A DNA stretch of 61,932 nucleotides, counting the filler, from Choristocarpus tenellus KU-1152 (Eukaryota; Protista; Phaeophyceae): NCBI GenBank assembly GCA_964200185.2. It is 13 parts of 13 records of this genome, joined end to end, with 100 filler letters (N's around TTAATTAATTAA, not from the genome) between each part and the next. Parts side by side here need not be neighbours in the genome. Positions count along the whole stretch, not along the records: positions 47,855 to 55,028 come from CAXNAD020006580.1; positions 55,129 to 58,862 come from CAXNAD020018241.1; positions 58,963 to 61,932 come from CAXNAD020023267.1; 10 more parts are not named here. The stretch is one strand, 5' to 3'. Within the stretch, counting starts at the first letter, position 1. Each line of letters opens with the position of its first letter. Under the pieces are notes generated by a model, which saw only the letters and a program-made list of their open reading frames with translations, was not told the DNA's origin and ran no database searches. The position numbers were made by a program, and so were the translations under genes. This document shows positions 53,568 to 61,932 of the stretch, piece by piece.

Positions 53568-54942
53568 CTGTGAGGAAAAGAGTTGATTTCCAAATGCCAT
53601 TCAGGTTTCACAATACACACAAACAACCATTAGTCAAAAGTGGGGTGACAAAGCATGCAAAACGAAAAACACATCTATTCTTACAATCACAAATTCTCAA
53701 TCACCTTCTATCCTCAGACTAACTAATCATCTTCAACCAACCTATACACAACAACGCCATTGACAAGGTAACCTATCCACACTAATCAATATTAACCTAA
53801 CCACAATGATGGTGCTAATCACCAGTATAGATGCACTACGCGGTTATGGTGTGGTTAGCATTATACCATAGCAATAGAATATTATCTCCTGGCAAGATGT
53901 GTAGTTGTGCTGTTTATACATAAACCCTTTAATATGAAAGAAAGGCAAAAGATTGAGAAAATTGAAGCGCCATATTCTAGGTGTTCCCTTTGAATTTGTA
54001 GAACTTAGATAACGAAAACCTTTTTTGTTTATCTTCTATGCCTTATTTTTTGGAGCACACAAAGTAAAACTGGCATCGAACATGCACTCTTTGCAACATT
54101 CTGTTGAAAGTTTATGATATGTGTTTCTCTTACAGGAATTAAAAAACACTGAGAAATTCGAGGAACAGAAGATTTTATCAGGTGAGAAACAAAAAATTCA
54201 CATGATAACGATCATTAACAGCATTATCTTGTGCAAGGGAAAGGAGTCGCACCTACTAAAACATGTGTTCCACAATTGATAATATAGGAGCATTGTATAA
54301 AACTTTGAACAAAATTTCAATCTAATGTATAAATGAAAGCCTGAAAGTGGATTTCGTGAGGTAGATGTCAAAACTAAGACACACAACACATCACAACAAC
54401 AAAAAGTGCAGTTCTCACACAGCTTCACGGTGGTACAGGTTTGTGTACTCCGCTGCAACATGCCGTACAATATAGCTTATGTGCAGTCTTTCCTAACGAG
54501 AATCCGCAAATTAAACCTGGAATGGCGAGCTCTGGCGTCATCAGACAAATCAATTTTCTCTCACTTCGAAAAGTGGTCTAGCTGATGTGTTGCCTTACAA
54601 GTGTTAACACACGCTGCATCCATGACCTCCAAAATCGACAGAAGTTAAGTACCATCTCATGTAGACATATCTTCGTACCAACAATAACGTGCAAAAAAAC
54701 TTGACCAATACGATGTGATTCTCATGTCACAGTCAACGGTCCATGTGTCAATATACATGCACGAATGTTCAGTGTAAACTCGTTGATATTCACATCTGTA
54801 CAATACATCCACGAGCGAGTCAATAACATTGCGCCCATTGATACATACATCAAATATACGAAGCCAACCATACAAGAAGCCACCTATAAATGGACATTCG
54901 ACACACAAATTTGGAATGTAAAACACGGCTGTCAAATCTTAC

Positions 54943-55028
54943 TATTGAGGTTGTTCTCGGGGAGGTTGATCTTCACAACGTACCCTTCCTTCATCGTAGA
55001 CTTCAATCCCGTACCACGTTGACAGATC
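54943..55028 (-). CDS. ROCO N-terminal LRR-cap exon (partial, apparent frameshift)
   Basis: DLSTWYGIEVYDEGRV in one frame and VVKINLPENNLN-A|GTAAG in the next; phase-1 donor. Confidence 0.75.
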
Positions 55029-55199
55029 NNNNNNNNNNNNNNNNNNNNNNNNNNNNNNNNNNNNNNNNNNNNTTAATTAATTAANNNNNNNNNNNNNNNN
55101 NNNNNNNNNNNNNNNNNNNNNNNNNNNNGTTTGGGCACTTTTTAAGGGTCTGGATATATTTTTGTTCAAATATTACGGTACTTTTTGTAGAGGGCATCG

Positions 55200-56445
55200 T
55201 ATATACAACAAAGTGGACCTGTACCTTCGACAAAAATGGAAAGCTGGAGATCAAGGGGGATACCTTGGGTACCTTGTATGCCATGCCGAATATTGAGCAC
55301 TGGGACCCTGTGTGACAAGATTCTTGCTTACGGAATGAGAAAAGCAATTGCTGTACCTACTACTAGGGGAGCAGGACATTAGCAGGAGCAGTAACTAAGC
55401 CTCCACCAGAAGGGAAAGGAGGAGGAGCTAACCGCAGGGAGCCTGGGAGCACTCTAGCCGCTCTGGGACCATAAACTTATGGAAGAGAACACAGAAGGTC
55501 AGCGGAGGAGGCGGCCAAGGTACAACTGGTCAACATACGGACCATATTCCAACAGTATCCCATACCAGGGACGAGATCAGGACCAATAGAAGATGTTTAA
55601 ACTGTGGACTGATCAAGCATATTGGTCCTTGTTCTTTCGAAGGAATATGCTAAAACTGTGGAGGTAAGGACACCTTCAGATCGTTTGTCGCCAGAGGAGA
55701 GCGACACCGTCTAAACAGATGGAGGAATTAGCTGGACCAGGGTTGGAGCCAGAAAAGAAAACCAGAGGAAGGCTGTCAGCAAAGGGCTGCAACATGTTCT
55801 ATGGTACCTAGCGGGCACCATGAAAGTAGGGATACACTATCCTGCTGGTGGTGAAATGGACAATGGGGGCCTGGTCGTGTATGGAGACTTAGACTGAGAT
55901 GTCACTGCCTCGAGGCGAAGTATTACGGGGTATCTAATCCTAATGAATGGAGCACCAACTGCGTGGAAATCCAAGAAGCAAGGAGCTATAACCACATCTT
56001 CACCAGAAGCGGAATGATCAGCGATGGTACATGGAATGAGGCATGCAATATTCCTCAGAGGCATTCTGAGGGAGCTGGGCATACTCAAAGGGGTCACGAC
56101 TTGATATGGAGACAATCGAGGTGCAATTCAAGCAGCAATAACCGAAGGTTTCAATGGACGGACAAGGCATGTCGACATTAAACTAAAATGCACCAGGGAG
56201 TATGTTAGCAAAGGATTTTTTTACAGTAAAATATATTCCCACGACACTCCAACTTGCAGACATCTTGACCAAAAGATTACGAAAGAAGCAGGTAGAAGAA
56301 TTTGTAGACACTGTGATGACTAGATGAATGCCGTGTGTGTGTTAAAGTTGAAGTCTGCATTCTTTAACTGCATTGACAGAATAAAACATTTTAGGTTTGA
56401 GAGTTCCAGCAATCCTTCATTGCCTGCACTCTCATGGGGGAGAGT
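55200..56445 (+). mobile_element. Copia remnant of the same family as 43085-44691: gag end joined to late RT and RNase H, then PPT
   Basis: ~55600-55770 is the reverse complement of ~43368-43540. Then LWYLAGT...RRSITGY...AWKSKKQ...YGDNRGAI...RTRHVDIK...QLADILTK, and GGGGAGAGTG at ~56437. Confidence 0.88.
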
Positions 56446-56779
56446 GCAAAATAGGACAATGGTGAGGTGAACCTTGTTTTGTGTATGATGATTGTCATTT
56501 TGATTGAGTCCATGTGATGTAACTAATGAGAAAGTACATCAGGATTATGAATGGGAATATGTATGGGTTTTTATTTTGCATTCAACTACTTTGACATAAT
56601 CGTTGACTTATGTAGGAAGCACAAATAATAATAAACAAGCAATGAGATGACACCCCACAAAGGTCACTCTTCTAATTTCAATAATGCAATCACTTTCAGC
56701 AATGGAGAACTGTGTGAGGCTCCACACCTTCTTGTCTTCACTACTGATAAATAGCATTACCTCCCAAGGTAAATTGCAC

Positions 56780-57130
56780 AAAATTAAGATTGTGATGCAG
56801 CCAGGGCAGTCGCCAGATCTCAACATCAACCATTTTTTTTTTCGCATCCCTGAAGAGCAGGGTTTGGGCAGAGCGTTACGGCACCATTGATGACCTTGTA
56901 GAGGGAGTTAAGACCGTGTTCCACGCGTACAATGAAGACACGCTCAAGAGGTTGTGGCAGAGTCTGTTTCAGAGGTACAATCAGGTGCTAAGAGCGCTGC
57001 GGGGAAACGATTTCGAGGTCAAGCAGACGGGGACAAAAGAAAAGGCAGCGGGAGGAATCGACTTGAGTGGTTGAAGTAGAACGAGTCGCCTACAACACTG
57101 TGCTGGATTGGTGGGCTGAGGGTGTCGAGT
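56780..57130 (+). mobile_element. Tc1/mariner transposase C-terminal remnant (DD39D-like)
   Basis: VMQPGQSPDLNINHF / FASLKSRVW...IDDLVEGVKTVF...TLKRLWQSL...GNDF, with a frameshift in a poly-T run. Confidence 0.8.
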
Positions 57131-60100
57131 AAAGGCGAGACAAACTTATATAATGCTGATAGAATACTCTAAGGAATCCAACGCAAAGTCTGTTTTGTAA
57201 TGAGAGGTTATATCTAAGAGCAACAACTTAACGGCACAGATGTACAGGACAAAGGGAATTGGACACAGTTGCACTTTCAGGGATACTTGAAAAGGCAACG
57301 GTTGTCGCAAAAGGATATCTCTCTGAACTCTATTTACTAATTGGATACCAACTATACTACAAACACTCCACTTGGTAATTACAATGTTATGTGTACATTG
57401 CTGCTATGCCTCCAACCTAGCTTCTTATTCCTACACAACTGGGTGAGGAGTACAGTGAAAGAATATCCAAACATCCTATCATTTCACAGTTATATATACA
57501 GATATACTTATGGTCTGATAAAATTACACGGTCAGAAAACAACAGAAGCAATTAAAGTGCAAGTGTATCGCTCCCTGGAAAAACGCCACACTAGAGACTC
57601 CATCCCGAAAGGCTCATCTGTGCCAAGCCTCTTCATATCCCATCTTCTCTACCTATCTGTGACTGCGATCTCATCAGGCTCTGCTTCTTCGTTTTTCCAT
57701 GCTTGACCTGGTCTTCCTCATCATCATAAGACACAAGTGGGTTGGGCACGACTGGCAAATAGATCCTCAGATTCTTCAGACCCTAAATCCTCGCCAGTCA
57801 CAGGAAGAACCCAAAGCAAGAATGTCTAGAGTAAGTTCTGACCTGTGGGCATTGACTAATGACACCTTGTGACTAGGTTTGTGACCTGTTTGTATTGTGA
57901 TAAAGAAACAAAAGAGTGATAGTTTGATGTTTTCAGTTCAGATATTCCTCTAAATTCTGATTAATTTAATTGAGCCTGATTGCAATGTCACCATTCACAA
58001 CTAGAGCTACCTTAGACTTTGCATTTTGAGGTCGCGAAATGACATAAAACTTGAAGCGAAATCGTGATCTCGGAATTTCGGGCGAAGTTGACGCATCATA
58101 TTTCCCGTTTTTCTCGATTGTTCCACACAAAATATAGATGTAGTGTGTGGCATACCCAACAATCAGATGTTCAGCTCCAAAAGAGAGAAATAAACGTTTT
58201 TTGTGTAGATGCTATGAAACACTCTGCAAGCTTGCCGTGATGGGGTGTGTAGCTCCAACCCACAAGTCTGTTGACTGAGCTTGAGACTCGCAGAGACCGC
58301 TATGAAGGAAATGTCGTCAAATATGCTGGATATGTCGTTTTGATATGTAAAAAATGGACTGAACAAACAAACATGTACGTCCTCTATACGGCACAACAAT
58401 CACGAAATAATATTGATAATAAGTAGGCAAGTACTAGGAAGTACAATATACTTGAAATATAAAATCTAGGACTTGAAGGTTACAATGACATTTATAAAAC
58501 CGCCACCGAGGTACACCGCCTGTTAGACACAACCTTCTTCCTCTCTCTGCCCGGTTTTCCTCCTTCGCTGATCTTGCACCTCACGCACCACACTATCATT
58601 CTGCCAGTGCAAGACTGAGTTGCAAGCTGGACGTCTTTATATAGTGTCTGTGTGAACTTCTCTTGCCACTCAATACCCATGCAACACCAAATTCGCTTTC
58701 CGATATTCCACCATGCCTGATGCATCCATTTTTCCTCATGAATACAAACTTCACGAAAGTAAAAGTTGAAGTTATTGGCCTGGGGACTTACATCCTTGTG
58801 CCAGTGACCCAAAGTATCTGAGAGGGGGGGGGGGGTCTAAACCAGGGTGTTCAATTTGGATANNNNNNNNNNNNNNNNNNNNNNNNNNNNNNNNNNNNNN
58901 NNNNNNTTAATTAATTAANNNNNNNNNNNNNNNNNNNNNNNNNNNNNNNNNNNNNNNNNNNNGTATGCAACCAAATCACCCAAAAATTGCGACATTAAAA
59001 AATTGCCCCCAAATGGACAGCTGCCACCCCCTCCCAGATACTTTGAGCCAGTCCATTTTTATTAACAAAATTACCAAACCAACGGAGAGGTAGGCAGTAT
59101 TGGACCCTTTTGATTTCTAAGCCGTATTTCTTACCCTGTGCAATACACTCTTTTTCATTGCTCCATGTGCAGAATAATGTGTGCAAAATTGTTGTTCCCC
59201 CTTTCTACACACAAAGTGCCACCACAATTCAACGAAGGCTATTTCTGTCATTGTATAAAATGATCTATTTTTGCCCATTCACCCAATCCTTAAGATGCAA
59301 CCCTGCCTACCTTTCAATTGTTTTGACTCACTCCTAGAATGGCCTACATTCATATTATGAGCCAATGGGATGCACTTGTTCTGTGACCTCCCGTACCCCC
59401 TTATAACTCATTATTGATCAGTTTTGCACCTTTCTAGCTATCATGTTCTTCAATTAATGTGTAAGTTAACCTGAACATCTCTTGTTATGGTGACATCAGA
59501 ACCTACCTTAGATCCCCAATATCTCAGTATTGACGAAGATGAACCTCCGAAAGGTGTGTCAACATGCATGCTCCATTTCAAGGTGTTGTACCATTTGGGG
59601 GAGTTGAGGAGTGCATTATCAACACCTGCCTCATAAACTAAAATTAATCACTGGAATGAAACCCACACCGAGTGAAGTAAAAGATAGTATTATATTAATA
59701 CTATTAATAGGATAGGAGAGGTTGTAGCATGCATGTATCCCCTTGACTTAGTGTCACATGTAGGATATTTCTATTGTGCAAAATGTTTCTTTTTTCAACA
59801 TGTGTCCCCGTTTCACTCCTTAATCTTGCCATGCCTCGTAGCTTAGGTAGTCTCCACCCTCCAGCTTTGTACTAACTTGGAAAGAATATGAGTCAGGATA
59901 GCCAAGATATACTGAAACTAATCGATTGCTGGTATATTTTCAAGGAGAGAGAAGAGTAGGAGGAACTATTGGCATTGAATTCAGAAGTTGTGATGCATCT
60001 AAACCATAGCAACATTAAACAATTTAATTTGTCCAATTTAAGTATGGACGAAATGGCTAGATTTTTCAATGAAGATGACGGAGGACGATGAACAAGCATT

Positions 60101-60342
60101 GCCTTATGGCAAGATGCTCTGGGAGTATAGCAATAGTACACTACTTACCAACACACAACACTGCGAAGTTTGATGTCTCGCAGGCCGCGGTCATGCCATG
60201 AGTAGAAACAAACAGCGCATCTGTGTAATGTATGCAAATACAGACACACATGCGCACACACATGCATACATGAACCAAACATATCTACCTAATTGCTCAT
60301 AGTTTTACACTTCCTGTTGCTACAACACTGCTGAAAAAAACA

Positions 60343-61770
60343 TCATCCCTCATCCCAGGGCCTTGGCATGTTATTCGCCACATATGCAGACCCCCCATGC
60401 TCATCAACACCCATGTGTCGAAACGTAATGTCTGGAAGGTAGGCAAAGGACAGACCAGCATCGTGAAGTTTCATGGACAGCGACTGCTCAAACCTGGGAG
60501 GAGTGATTCCAAAACAAGATTTAGGGGGCAGGGGAGATTTCAGGACCGATGAATCCTATTGAACTCTCCGTGAAAATATTTCCAGCCTGTTAACAGAAGT
60601 GACTTTATTTGCACCAGCGTCCTTACCGTTATTCTCCCTTCGTTTTTTTCTATCATTACTGGTGTTGGCATGACTCTAAGACATAGATAAACATTGTTTG
60701 TAGCTGCACCGTCGCGGGTGAGTTGAGAGTGGCAATTCACTTCCCTTGCTGAGGGTATCCTTCAACCACCGTTTTGCCTGGCACATCCAACACTACTGAA
60801 TGTTCAGTTTGGACACCAAGCTGACTTTCAAAATGTGTTCGAATGTAGGATGAAGTAATTCAAAGCGCTAAGCGGCAGTGTGGCTTATCAATATTAATGC
60901 ATGCTGTGTCCAGGTGTGAAGTTGAGGGGAAATGATGGAAATATTTGCCGTATGTTTGGATTTTTGCATACTATGGAGTACGACTGACCATATGAGTAGA
61001 TCTTTACACCAAACTAGGAGGAAAAAAATATAACAATAAGGTGGTTTGGTGTACGATGTTTTCTCGTGCCCTTATCAACCCGTCTCACACCTGATGTCAT
61101 CAGTGTCAAACATAAGTATGCTCGAAAACGCTTCCATATACCCATTTCGCAGGCGATCCATGTCCCACAGGGCTGGGTTGAGGGAGAATCCAGGCCAATG
61201 AGTGAAGCTATGGCGAGGGTGAATGATCCCAAACTCGTGAAAGCGGTATTCAACCCCTCTTCCCCCGACTCCATTCACTCCCCCTTCTGCATTTTCTGCT
61301 GCACTTGGAAATATCCCTGGCCTGGTATCCCTCTGTGCATCCGCAGCTGTCCCTGTCTCCCCAGTAGCAGTTATGACATTGCCCATACATCCAACAGATG
61401 TGATCATTTTTTCAGTCTTAGCATAATAAGGAACTACACAGCAAATACACTGATTGTTAATGTAAGTTTGGCAACCCAACATAGAAGTGGGGTACCTTTC
61501 GGATTAAGTGATTAGTGGAGAGGGAGAGGGTAATAGAAACAGAATGCACAGAAGAGACACCCCCTATACCAAAATATATACCCAGCCATCAAGAATTACC
61601 CAGGCATGCAAAGATCCAAATATGCACGCATATAATATCTGCCTTCTTACCTGAATCAAAGGGTGGCATGTCCTCTCCTCTCCTTCCCCTGACATTTCTG
61701 GACGATGCCAGGGGTGTAGGGGAGTGGTAGGAAGTGTGCCGTGGCCAGCCAGCTGAGGTTCCCTCTGTGC
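60343..61770 (-). CDS. Glycosyltransferase-like (GT-A) gene, 3' exons (60343-60493, 61091-~61416, 61651-61770)
   Basis: Spliced ...HWPGFSLNPALWD...DTDDIR/FEQSLSMKLHDAGLSFAYLPDITFRHMG...SAYVANNMPRPWDEG-stop, with a consistent phase-2 junction. Family call is from motif memory only. Confidence 0.55.
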
Positions 61771-61932
61771 CTGTAGGACAAATGGCATCATCAGCATAGG
61801 CACACGCTCTAGAAGACTGGTCATTGATCAGAACCTAGTATGCCATCCACAGGGGGGGGGGGGGGGGGGGGGGGGGGAAAAAAACATTATCGATGGGGGG
61901 GGGGGCAACTAGGGGAAAGACCTTGGGGGGAA

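Larger units (their letters stand above)
51071..53760. repeat. Tandem array of exon+intron units (periods 644, 639 and 645 bp)
   Basis: Whole introns align unit to unit, with partial units at both ends. Confidence 0.95.

Noticed and set aside
51071-53760. CRISPR-like repeat/spacer array
   Set aside because: The repeats are ~600 bp, the variable parts are spliceable LRR exons, and there are no cas genes.

Overview
This is eukaryotic DNA, most likely from a brown alga or related stramenopile: it has GT-AG introns, a ROCO gene built from 72-bp LRR exons, and TTAGGG repeats. It is not one locus. Thirteen short contigs are joined by 12 artificial 100-bp spacers (N44-TTAATTAATTAA-N44), so most ORF-track calls are spurious. 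Recognisable genes: (1) a ROCO LRR-GTPase whose LRRs are single 72-bp exons in a ~640-bp tandem exon+intron array, with conserved introns and hypervariable ligand-face codons; (2) two CNOT1 exons; (3) an intron-containing, decayed NAD+-dependent DNA ligase; (4) a spliced gene with a beta-class amino-methyltransferase-like fold whose catalytic motifs are degenerate; (5) a glycosyltransferase-like gene; (6) an intronless membrane-anchored or secreted protein. Mobile DNA: three Copia remnants, CRE-like and RTE-like LINE remnants, a mariner fragment, a bacterial IS701-like fragment inside the CRE-like LINE, and three related MITE families with 3-bp TSDs. All family assignments were made by eye from motifs; no searches were run.
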